This document shows positions 9,294 through 16,138 of a stretch of 43,142 nt of DNA, one piece after another (position 1 is the first letter of the stretch; every line of letters starts with the position of its first letter). The position numbers were made by a program, and so were the translations under genes. The stretch is from Escherichia phage vB_EcoP-683R2: the sequence record ON470594.1. One strand, 5' to 3'. The notes beneath the pieces are model-generated. The model had not been told where the DNA came from and searched no databases. It worked only from the letters and a program-made list of their open reading frames with translations.

Positions 9294-9776
9294 TTATTTG
9301 ATAAGAAGTGAAGGTTTCCCAACTTTGAGTTGAGCGCCGGGGATATTTATTCCTGCTTTTAGTTGGTGTTTGATTGCCAGTTTGTCGGCTTTAATTGTCG
9401 TTTCAAACTCAACGTATTCAGGAGGAAGGGCGCTTGAGTCGATGATTTCTACAGTTTCTGACGGTTTGCGGATTGTTACCTGGTGAATACCTGCTCGAAT
9501 CTTTTTCTTGCCAACCATTTCAAGCGATGACGCTATATATGATTTGATGCTCTCAATCTTATTTTGAATTACTGCGGCTCGCTCATTCAGTGACTTTGCC
9601 TCTTCCTTGAGGCGTTCAGCATAACCAGATTCATTTTTAATAATGGCAAGAAGTTGCTCTATTTTATCGGTAAATTCTCCTTCCATGCCTTCTATTGTGT
9701 CAGCAATCATCTCTGGTTCTAAATCTGAATCCATCAATTTTGCGTATTCATTGGCAATTTCATATAGTTTGCTCAC
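9294..9776 (-). CDS. Gp157-family protein (recombination-module accessory protein adjacent to RecT)
   Basis: GTG start 6 nt after GGAGG (gives MSKLYEIANEYAKLM…); about 160 aa, predicted coiled coil; position and N-terminus resemble Siphovirus Gp157-family proteins. Confidence 0.5.
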   Translation of the reverse strand: MSKLYEIANEYAKLMDSDLEPEMIADTIEGMEGEFTDKIEQLLAIIKNESGYAERLKEEAKSLNERAAVIQNKIESIKSYIASSLEMVGKKKIRAGIHQVTIRKPSETVEIIDSSALPPEYVEFETTIKADKLAIKHQLKAGINIPGAQLKVGKPSLLIK

Positions 9777-10671
9777 TGGCAACCTCCAGTTTCGCTTTGC
9801 ATTCTGCGTAAATGGCTTGTACGTTCTGCTGCAATTTCATTCCAGATGTCAGGCGATATGCTTCTGCAAAATATCGCTTCAAATCATCCATGTTTTCAGC
9901 CTGAGCCATTTCATCACAAAGAAGTTGTGCTTTATCCGTTATTTCCTGCTGGCGTTTCCGTTCATCTTCGCGGATATCTTCCTCTGATTTGTGCGGCATA
10001 ACTGGTTCAGTCCACACACCTTCTTCTTCGTTTAGTACGTGAACAGCACTATCAAGACGTGATGCCTTAGGCCAAAACTTGCTTGCACGCTTTACGACCG
10101 TCTTTCGCGCCATCTCATTCCAGTGATTTACCCATGGTCCTTTATCGCTGAATGCCGCCTTGCTTGTTTTCCTTACAGCCTCAATTTCAGCCAGACTCAT
10201 CTCTTCCGTTAGATAATCACCTGCTGGCGTCTTAACTGTGCAGTAAACGCCAACGATATCACCACGATCACCGAAGGCGTTGTATTTATGGGTTGGTGCT
10301 TTATCAAGCCCGTTTGACTCATAGGTATCGTTAGCATGAACAAGTTTTGCCTGACCCCATGAGATAACACCAGACTCCATTGCAATATGGAGCAATCCCA
10401 TATAACTGATATCAAGGCACACCATGCCGTCGCGAGGAACCAGATAAGCCAGTTTGCTGGCCGGGTTTAAGGTGATGCCGATCGCCGCAACATTGATGAT
10501 GGCGTTCTGTGCGCTGGTTGGATTTGCCAGTGCCGTTTTAGCCAGGTAATCATTTTTCTGGAAATACTGAATTGCAAACTGGCTTTCCTTAGCCCATGTC
10601 ACCGTCTGTTCAGTCAATGCTCCGCAGAATAACTGCTCTTGCTGTTTAACGAATTCAACGATATTGCTCAT
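9760..10671 (-). CDS. recT: RecT-family single-strand annealing recombinase
   Basis: 303 aa, ATG with GGAG RBS; conserved C-terminal block GPWVNHWNEMARKTVVKRASKFWP matches the RecT signature (compare Rac RecT …GPWVTHWEEMAKKTAIRR…). Confidence 0.85.
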   Translation of the reverse strand: MSNIVEFVKQQEQLFCGALTEQTVTWAKESQFAIQYFQKNDYLAKTALANPTSAQNAIINVAAIGITLNPASKLAYLVPRDGMVCLDISYMGLLHIAMESGVISWGQAKLVHANDTYESNGLDKAPTHKYNAFGDRGDIVGVYCTVKTPAGDYLTEEMSLAEIEAVRKTSKAAFSDKGPWVNHWNEMARKTVVKRASKFWPKASRLDSAVHVLNEEEGVWTEPVMPHKSEEDIREDERKRQQEITDKAQLLCDEMAQAENMDDLKRYFAEAYRLTSGMKLQQNVQAIYAECKAKLEVASEQTI

Positions 10672-10979
10672 GCAGCTTCTCCATAAATATGTCTGCGTTT
10701 GAATATTGCGAAGGCATATTCAGCCTTAACTCTTTCGGTTATTGCATCCCAGAACCATTCAGCGGCTTTTTCCTGATAGTTACAGTCATCATCTTCCAGC
10801 CAGTCGATAGCGTCCTTAGTGTGTTCATCTGGTTTATATGAGCGAAGCATTTCGCTTATTGGGTCGCAACGTTTGCAGAGGCGATCAACTTCACTGTTGA
10901 TTCGTTCGTAATCTTCATCAGTAAAACTTGCGATTATTTGCGATATTTCACGCTTATCATTCAGAGTCAGAATCATCAT
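10668..10979 (-). CDS. Hypothetical acidic protein at the Gam/Abc position upstream of recT (possible anti-RecBCD function)
   Basis: 103 aa, ATG with GGAG RBS; function inferred only from synteny (lambda gam and P22 abc occupy this slot). Confidence 0.4.
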   Translation of the reverse strand: MMILTLNDKREISQIIASFTDEDYERINSEVDRLCKRCDPISEMLRSYKPDEHTKDAIDWLEDDDCNYQEKAAEWFWDAITERVKAEYAFAIFKRRHIYGEAA

Positions 10980-11060
10980 CTTTCTCCTGTTCTTTGTGCT
11001 GATTGAGCATTTTGTTCATCTGACGAATGAATTCTTCGTCTGACCAGTTATCTGTAAAAC

Positions 11061-11213
11061 TCATTTCCTGCGATACCACGGAAGGTTGATAGCTGATTTC
11101 ATCGCTTTATTTGCTTCAAGCCACATTTTTGAATCACCAATAAATCTGGCTATTACTGCTTTGTTCTGTGCAGCACGAAGCATCTGGTGATTGATGGCTA
11201 TTTCATTGCGCAT
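11061..11213 (-). CDS. kil: Kil-like host cell-division inhibitor
   Basis: Unlisted 50-aa ORF; …ARFIGDSKMWLEA… resembles lambda Kil (…ATFIGDEKMFREA… as recalled); overlaps the 3' end of cIII as in lambda. Confidence 0.55.
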   Translation of the reverse strand: MRNEIAINHQMLRAAQNKAVIARFIGDSKMWLEANKAMKSAINLPWYRRK

Positions 11214-11329
11214 AATAAGACCTCAACTCTTTTCCATCCGTCACGTAACTTACGGGTGATTCGTTCAAGTAAAGATTCATTTAGTTGGAAGGCACCCATG
11301 CGAGCGCCTCCCGCGATTGCGTAAATCAT
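11198..11329 (-). CDS. cIII: CIII-like protein (FtsH inhibitor stabilising CII)
   Basis: Unlisted 43-aa ORF with AGGA RBS; core ESLLERITRKLRDGWKR is identical to the lambda CIII central helix. Confidence 0.7.
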   Translation of the reverse strand: MIYAIAGGARMGAFQLNESLLERITRKLRDGWKRVEVLLCAMK

Positions 11330-11353
11330 GGGTGGTTCCTTATGTTGGTTTTA

Positions 11354-12322
11354 TTAGTAGGTTATTTTTGTTGCGAATACTTCGCCTTTTACGATGGCTG
11401 TTATGATATTGTTAGCAACATCTTCTGATGCACCAACCTTGATAAGGTCAGCAAGTATTTTGTTATTTACTTCTTTCCGGTGAGCTTTATCCTTTGCTCT
11501 ACACTCTTCTTCTTCCTTGATTCTTTTTTCTTCTGCTATTCTGGCTTGCTCTTTTGCTTCAGCCTCGCGCCGGATTCGTTCAGCCTCCTCCTGTGCTTTT
11601 CGGCGTTCTGCTTCAATTGCCGCCTGCTTTTCTCTTTCAGCTCGTTCTGCTGCCTCTTTTGCTTCGCGCTGTGCTCGTTGCTCGGCTTCAATACGTTCAC
11701 GCTCTGCACGTTCCGCTGCGGCCTTAGCTTCTGCTTCTCGCCTTGCTGCTGCTTCAATTTCGGCTTTTGCCTTTGCTTCGGCTTCTGCTCTGGCTTTCTC
11801 TTCAGCTTCTCTTTTTAAGCGTTCTTCATGCTCTCGCTTTTCCTGCTCCGCTTTGAGTCTTGCCTCTTCTCTTTGGCGGTCAAATTCGCGATCCATCAAA
11901 ATCGCTATTTCATGGTCAGACTCAATTTGCTTTGCGAGAGCTTCAGCTGCTGCCTTAGCTTCTTCTTCGGCTTTAATCCGTGCCTGCTCCTCCTCATAAT
12001 CAGTAAGAGGCTGGCGCGCCTTGGCTTTCAGTTCATCAAGGCGATCGCGCACTGTCTTGCGGTTGGCATCAATTAGCTTTGGAATTTCCTTCAGTTCAGC
12101 AACAAGGTCTTTGCCAAGACCATCGAGATATGTTTTCGTCTGCGCAACTTTATACGCCAGAGAAGCGATCTCCTTTCTGCCCTTTGCCGTTGTGATATCA
12201 GGCACAAAGGACATAACTTCACGTTCAACCTTTTGAAGGATTTCTTCAATCTGGTCGGCAGACTGAAATACAGTCATTGCATTTGCTTTTTCAATAACAA
12301 CTAAATCTGTTACTTCACTCAT
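11354..12322 (-). CDS. Protein with a long E/R/K/A-rich helical region (about 180 aa) flanked by small N- and C-terminal domains; function unknown
   Basis: Start at the internal ATG (MSEVTDLVVIEK…) 5 nt after GGAGGA; central region is nearly pure E/A/R/K with EAEAKA / RREAEAK repeats; plus-strand ORFs over the same DNA are low-complexity artefacts. Confidence 0.6.
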   Translation of the reverse strand: MSEVTDLVVIEKANAMTVFQSADQIEEILQKVEREVMSFVPDITTAKGRKEIASLAYKVAQTKTYLDGLGKDLVAELKEIPKLIDANRKTVRDRLDELKAKARQPLTDYEEEQARIKAEEEAKAAAEALAKQIESDHEIAILMDREFDRQREEARLKAEQEKREHEERLKREAEEKARAEAEAKAKAEIEAAARREAEAKAAAERAERERIEAEQRAQREAKEAAERAEREKQAAIEAERRKAQEEAERIRREAEAKEQARIAEEKRIKEEEECRAKDKAHRKEVNNKILADLIKVGASEDVANNIITAIVKGEVFATKITY

Positions 12323-12333
12323 ATATCCTCCAT

Positions 12334-12361
12334 CAAAAAAATCGCCCTCACATCGGAGGGC
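12334..12361 (-). terminator. Intrinsic terminator on the leftward (pL) transcript, tL1-like
   Basis: On the minus strand: GCCCTC-cgatgt-GAGGGC hairpin followed by GATTTTTTTGAT; lies between the 156-aa gene and the ERK-rich gene. Confidence 0.5.
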
Positions 12362-12465
12362 AAAGAAGATTTCCAATAATCAGAACAAGTCGGCTCCTGT
12401 TTAGTTACGAGCGACATTGCTCCGTGTATTCACTCGTTGGAATGAATACACAGTGCTTATTCATA

Positions 12466-12936
12466 CTAATAAAACACCCAATTTTCTGTTTCTTGGTTGT
12501 GTCCAAAGTTATATTCAATATCTGGTGTTGATGTATCAATATTCTTCATCCCATCAACAAGAGTTGATACAACAGCCAAATCTTGTTTGATTCTCATCAA
12601 ATGGTATTTCTTCCGGCGCAATAAACTTTCAATGGCAAGTTTCTTCGTCGGGAACGCAAAAGATCTTTCTGCATTTTTTGCTACTTTCTTAATTGCATAT
12701 CTATTTCTCCTTTGTTTCCATTCCTGTAACCACTGATTTGGTGCTGGTTTAAAATTAACAATCCAATGCGCAGGAACCAACCATGCATAATGCTCTGTCT
12801 GATGAAAAGCTATATATTGAAGTGCGAATATTTTTATCCCATCTTCTTCAACTGTCGCCTGGAATCTCCAGAAAACAGGCATTCCATCATGTTCAGTTTC
12901 TGATTCAGGAAAAGGTACGCTCCATGATTTTGTCAT
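12466..12936 (-). CDS. Hypothetical immediate-early protein (156 aa), immediately downstream of N
   Basis: ATG with GAGGTGA RBS, 9 nt after the N stop; no transmembrane segment and no recognisable domain; followed by a hairpin and then the terminator at 12334-12361. Confidence 0.6.
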   Translation of the reverse strand: MTKSWSVPFPESETEHDGMPVFWRFQATVEEDGIKIFALQYIAFHQTEHYAWLVPAHWIVNFKPAPNQWLQEWKQRRNRYAIKKVAKNAERSFAFPTKKLAIESLLRRKKYHLMRIKQDLAVVSTLVDGMKNIDTSTPDIEYNFGHNQETENWVFY

Positions 12937-12944
12937 ATCTCACC

Positions 12945-13271
12945 TCAAATAAGTGGTTTGCTGCCTAATTTCATTTTCTGGCGACCAACACAAGTCACCC
13001 CCATTTCACTGCGTGGCTTGCTGTACCATGTGCGCTGATTCTTGCGCTCAATACGTTGCAGGTTGCTTTCAATCTGTTCGTGGTATTCAGCCAGCACTGT
13101 AAGGTCTATTGGATTCAGTGCGCTTTCTACTCGTGATTTCGGTTTGCGATTCAGCGAGAGAATAGGGCGGTTAACTGGCTTTGCGCTTACCCCAACCAAC
13201 AGGGGATTTGCTGCTTTCCATTGAGCCTGTTTATCTGCGCGACGTTCGCGGCGGCGTGTTTGTGCATCCAT
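12945..13271 (-). CDS. N: Antitermination protein N
   Basis: Start at the internal ATG giving MDAQTRRRERRADKQAQWKAANPLLVGVSAKPVNRPILSLNRKPKSRVESALNPIDLTVLAEYH…, near-identical to lambda N (arginine-rich motif at the N-terminus). Confidence 0.9.
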   Translation of the reverse strand: MDAQTRRRERRADKQAQWKAANPLLVGVSAKPVNRPILSLNRKPKSRVESALNPIDLTVLAEYHEQIESNLQRIERKNQRTWYSKPRSEMGVTCVGRQKMKLGSKPLI

Positions 13272-13443
13272 CTGGATTCTCCTGTCAGTTAGCTTTGGTG
13301 GTGTGGTAGGTGGGAGACCCATTTCGACCTGCTTCGGCCGACTTCAATTCGGCAATAGTTCCGCAGGCCTCGCCGCTTTACGTGCGACATATTCCCATCC
13401 ATGAACCCTTCACCACACCCCAAAGCCTTCTGCTTTGAATGCT

Positions 13444-13474
13444 GCCCTTCTTCAGGGCTTAATTTTTAAGAGCG
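13444..13474 (-). promoter_or_regulatory. nutL site (boxA CGCTCTTA and boxB GCCCTGAAGAAGGGC)
   Basis: The reverse complement of 13441-13474 reads CGCTCTTAAAAATTAAGCCCTGAAGAAGGGCAGC, matching lambda nutL as recalled. Confidence 0.8.
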
Positions 13475-13513
13475 TCACCTTCATGGTGGTCAGTGCGTCC
13501 TGCTGATGGCTAA

Positions 13514-13542
13514 ATAGTACGATTTGTACTTTATCAAGTCAA
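13514..13542 (-). promoter_or_regulatory. pL-like promoter (-35 TTGACT, -10 TACTAT on the minus strand) overlapping a perfect operator palindrome AGTACGATTTGTACT (13516-13530)
   Basis: Hexamers with 17-nt spacing, read on the minus strand; the palindrome overlaps the spacer and -10. Weaker half-site relatives lie at 13541-13555 and 13574-13588. Confidence 0.45.
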
Positions 13543-13605
13543 TACAAAATGTTCTAACTATAATTAGTTTTTTATAACGCTTTGTATTTAATGGGTTTAT
13601 ATTTT

Positions 13606-13636
13606 GGAAAAAGAAAACCCGACGCTAAGGTCGGGT
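13606..13636 (-). terminator. Putative intrinsic terminator downstream of cI
   Basis: On the minus strand: ACCCGAC-cttagc-GTCGGGT hairpin followed by TTTTCTTTTT. Confidence 0.4.
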
Positions 13637-13667
13637 TATTGTTGTGTGTTTTAGAGTTGTGAGGCTG

Positions 13668-14321
13668 TTAACTAAATGTCTCTTCAGGCCACTGGCTGGC
13701 GATAACTTTCCCTACTACGGAACAGCTATCATTGCATGGAATCATTGGATATTGCGGGTTTAGTGGCTGTAGGAACACCTGACCGCTATCCCTGATCAGT
13801 TTCTTGAAGGTAAACTCGTCACCACCAAGTCTGGCTATGCAGAAATCACCTGGCTCAACAGCCTGCTCAGGGTCAACGAGAATTAACATCCCGTCAGGAA
13901 AGCTTGGCTTGGATCCTGTTGGCGCGGTCATGGAATTACCTTCAACTTCAAGCCAGAACGCACAATCACTGGCTTTTTTGGTTGTGCTGACCCATCTCTC
14001 CGCATCACCTTTGGTAAAGGTTCTAAGCTCAGGCGAGAACATCCCGGCCTGAACATGAGAAAAAACAGGGTACTCATATTGTTTTTTAACGGGGGCAGAT
14101 GAGTATTCGCCAACAGGTGAAAATGTACCGTCGTGGTTGAATGAGACGTTATCAATACCAAGGTATTTAAACACCACACCAATCTCGTCAAGAGATGGAT
14201 GACGAGATCCGCGCAACCAGTGACCAATTCCACCCTGCGTCATACCAAGCTCTTCGGCTAACTTCTCTTGAGTTATGCCGAGCTCTTTCATTCTGGATCT
14301 AGCCAGTTCATACCATTTCAT
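13668..14321 (-). CDS. cI: CI-type prophage repressor: HTH DNA-binding N-terminal domain plus LexA/S24-like autocleavage C-terminal domain
   Basis: C-terminal part from …[38 protein letters not shown]… to the end is essentially lambda CI; the N-terminal about 90 aa differ (HTH …[23 protein letters not shown]…). Start placed at the ATG giving MKWYELARS…, 7 nt after AAGGG. Confidence 0.88.
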   Translation of the reverse strand: MKWYELARSRMKELGITQEKLAEELGMTQGGIGHWLRGSRHPSLDEIGVVFKYLGIDNVSFNHDGTFSPVGEYSSAPVKKQYEYPVFSHVQAGMFSPELRTFTKGDAERWVSTTKKASDCAFWLEVEGNSMTAPTGSKPSFPDGMLILVDPEQAVEPGDFCIARLGGDEFTFKKLIRDSGQVFLQPLNPQYPMIPCNDSCSVVGKVIASQWPEETFS

Positions 14322-14336
14322 TTTCATACCCTTATT

Positions 14337-14412
14337 ATTACGCTCTGTACTAAAACCATCCATGCACAAGATGTATTTTTTGTTTGCATTCTAAAAGTAC
14401 ATATCGTATTAT
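14337..14412 (+). promoter_or_regulatory. oR/pR region: operator-like sites ATTACGCTCTGTACT (14337-14351) and AGTACATATCGTATT (14396-14410); candidate pR -35 TTGCAT (14384-14389) and -10 TATTAT (14407-14412)
   Basis: Same AGTAC-N5-GTACT half-site family as the oL palindrome; the second site sits between -35 and -10 of a promoter reading into cro. Confidence 0.4.
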
Positions 14413-14438
14413 TGTTTCATGGTTACTATGGAGGGCAT

Positions 14439-14654
14439 ATGAGCAACCTACGAAAATATCGAGAGTCACTGAATATCTCTCAAACAACACTTGCTAAGGC
14501 AGTTGGATGCACACAGGGAGCTATCGGACATTGGGAATCTGGTCGTCGCTTCCCAGACCTTAAAACATGCCGTGCTCTTGTTGAGTGCCTAAACAAGTTA
14601 GGCGCAAAAGTCAGTCTTGATGACGTGTTCCCGCCGGAACACAAAGCCGCTTAA
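14439..14654 (+). CDS. cro: Cro-like HTH repressor
   Basis: ATG preceded by GGAGGG RBS; 71 aa with HTH ISQTTLAKAVGCTQGAIGHWESG; divergent from cI across the operator region. The listed ORF extends upstream from 14268 and is not used. Confidence 0.8.
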   Translation: MSNLRKYRESLNISQTTLAKAVGCTQGAIGHWESGRRFPDLKTCRALVECLNKLGAKVSLDDVFPPEHKAA

Positions 14655-14662
14655 GACATTCC

Positions 14663-14694
14663 AGCTCTTACACATCCCAGCCCTGAAAAAGGGC
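14663..14694 (+). promoter_or_regulatory. nutR site (boxA-like GCTCTTA, boxB GCCCTGAAAAAGGGC), continuing into a lambda-like tR1/cII leader
   Basis: boxB at 14680-14694 is identical to lambda nutR boxB; the surrounding sequence through the cII start reads like lambda. Confidence 0.75.
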
Positions 14695-14773
14695 ATCAAA
14701 TTAAACCACACCTATGGTGTATGCATTTATTTGCATACCTTCAATCAATTGTTATCTAAGGAAATACTGACAT

Positions 14774-15067
14774 ATGGTTCGTGCAAACAAACGCAACGAG
14801 GCTCTACGAATCGAGAGTGCGTTGCTTAACAAAATCGCAATGCTTGGAACTGAGAAGACAGCGGAAGCTGTGGGCGTTGATAAGTCGCAGATCAGCAGGT
14901 GGAAGAGGGACTGGATTCCAAAGTTCTCAATGCTGCTTGCTGTTCTTGAATGGGGTGTTGTCGACGACGACATGGCTCGATTGGCACGACAAGTTGCTTC
15001 GATTCTCACCAATAAAAAACGCCCGGCGGCAACCGAGCGTTCTGAACAAATCCAGATGGAATTCTGA
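14774..15067 (+). CDS. cII: Transcriptional activator CII
   Basis: 97 aa, MVRANKRNEALRIESALLNKIAMLGTEKTAEAVGVDKSQISRWKRDWIPKFSMLLAVLEWGVVDDDMARLARQVA…, essentially identical to lambda CII as recalled. Confidence 0.93.
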   Translation: MVRANKRNEALRIESALLNKIAMLGTEKTAEAVGVDKSQISRWKRDWIPKFSMLLAVLEWGVVDDDMARLARQVASILTNKKRPAATERSEQIQMEF

Positions 15068-15099
15068 GGTCATTACTGGATCAATCCACAGGAGTAATT

Positions 15100-15261
15100 A
15101 TGACAAAACGTCGTAAGAAATACCAGGAAAAAGAAGAGATTCGACACCCTGATTCACCTGAGGGATTAGTGGTAGCCGCAGCAAATAACAGGGCGTTCGC
15201 AGAGCGCCTTGTTGGTGTTTACAGACTAGCCAAAGCAGGAGTGAAACATGGGCGTCGTTAA
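15100..15261 (+). CDS. Possible small basic protein (53 aa) between cII and the replication gene
   Basis: Unlisted ORF with a GGAG RBS 5 nt before the ATG; MTKRRKKYQEKEEIRHPDSPEG…; overlaps the first start of the O-like gene; could be non-coding. Confidence 0.25.
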   Translation: MTKRRKKYQEKEEIRHPDSPEGLVVAAANNRAFAERLVGVYRLAKAGVKHGRR

Positions 15262-16138
15262 GTTAGCTGATTACAGGCATAACCCTGTACAACATCAGGA
15301 GGCATCCAGTATGGGGTATGTCTCTATACACCGCCAGTTTATGGACAGCAGGCTCTATAAGGACTCTCAGGCAGTACATCTTTGGCTTCACTTAATCCTC
15401 AAGGCTAATCACGAATCTACTGTCGTCAATACGGATATCGGTCCGATAACTGTTGATCGCGGTCAGATGATAACTGGACGCCCGTCGCTGGTCAGAGAAA
15501 CATTCATTCCAGACAACAAAGTTCGGAGCTTATTACGGACTTTTGAGTCGAAAGGGATGCTTAATATTTGCTCGATGGGGAAGAAATTTAGCCTGTTTAC
15601 AATTGTTAAATATGACGATTTTCAGGCAAAAAATTGTCCAACGGTTGTCCAACGGTTGTCCAACGCAAACCCCAGTAATGGCGCGGCTCTCAGCGGAGAT
15701 TGTCCAACGGTTGTCCAACGGTTGTCCATAAACAATAATATAAATAATATCTCTAATACTGACGTATTAGAGAGTGCCACAGCAGACAAAAAGTCTGACA
15801 AGAAAAAACATCCCGTCAGCTGTCAGGATGTTGTCGATGCTTACCACGAAATACTTCCTGAAGCGCCAAGAATCCGCGCACTGAATGACAAGCGTAAAAA
15901 CCAGATCCGAACGTTCTGGCGCAAAGCCGGAGTGATAACCCGCCAGCTTGACGGGCATGGGTTCACGATGCAGGACTGGAGAAATTATTTGAGCTACGTT
16001 GGCGAAAATTGCCGATGGATGTTCGAAGAGCGCCCAAACCATCAGCGCGGAACCGTCTGGCACAAAAAGGGATTTGATTTCCTGCTTAACGACAATACCT
16101 ACCTGAAAGTTCGTGAGGGTGAACACGATGACCGATAA
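15248..16138 (+). CDS. O: Replication initiator, lambda O-like (origin-binding), with the origin iterons embedded in the gene
   Basis: 296 aa ORF; alternative start at 15311 (AGGAGG then 8 nt then ATG). Contains the iteron block and AT-rich stretch; 3' end overlaps the helicase gene. Confidence 0.75.
   Translation: MGVVKLADYRHNPVQHQEASSMGYVSIHRQFMDSRLYKDSQAVHLWLHLILKANHESTVVNTDIGPITVDRGQMITGRPSLVRETFIPDNKVRSLLRTFESKGMLNICSMGKKFSLFTIVKYDDFQAKNCPTVVQRLSNANPSNGAALSGDCPTVVQRLSINNNINNISNTDVLESATADKKSDKKKHPVSCQDVVDAYHEILPEAPRIRALNDKRKNQIRTFWRKAGVITRQLDGHGFTMQDWRNYLSYVGENCRWMFEERPNHQRGTVWHKKGFDFLLNDNTYLKVREGEHDDR
15634..15732. repeat. Replication origin iterons: six 11-bp direct repeats (TTGTCCAACGG) in two groups of three, followed by an AT-rich stretch
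   Basis: Repeats at 15634-15666 and 15700-15732 inside the O-like gene, then AACAATAATATAAATAATATCTCTAATA; same arrangement as ori-lambda. Confidence 0.7.

Noticed and set aside
11480-12236. Several long plus-strand ORFs (112, 160, 82, 71 aa) with F/C/S/L- or A/S/R-rich translations
   Set aside because: They lie antisense to the E/R/K/A-rich repeat of the 11354-12322 gene; their composition is a mirror artefact of the GAA/GCG-type repeats, and they lack RBSs and any domain signal.
14268-14438. Upstream extension of the cro ORF
   Set aside because: It would run through the oR/pR operator-promoter region and overlap the cI start; the ATG at 14439 has a GGAGGG RBS and gives a normal-length Cro.
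15634-15732. Short direct repeats that could be mistaken for a CRISPR array
   Set aside because: 11-bp tandem iterons with no spacers, located inside the replication initiator gene; this is an origin, not CRISPR.
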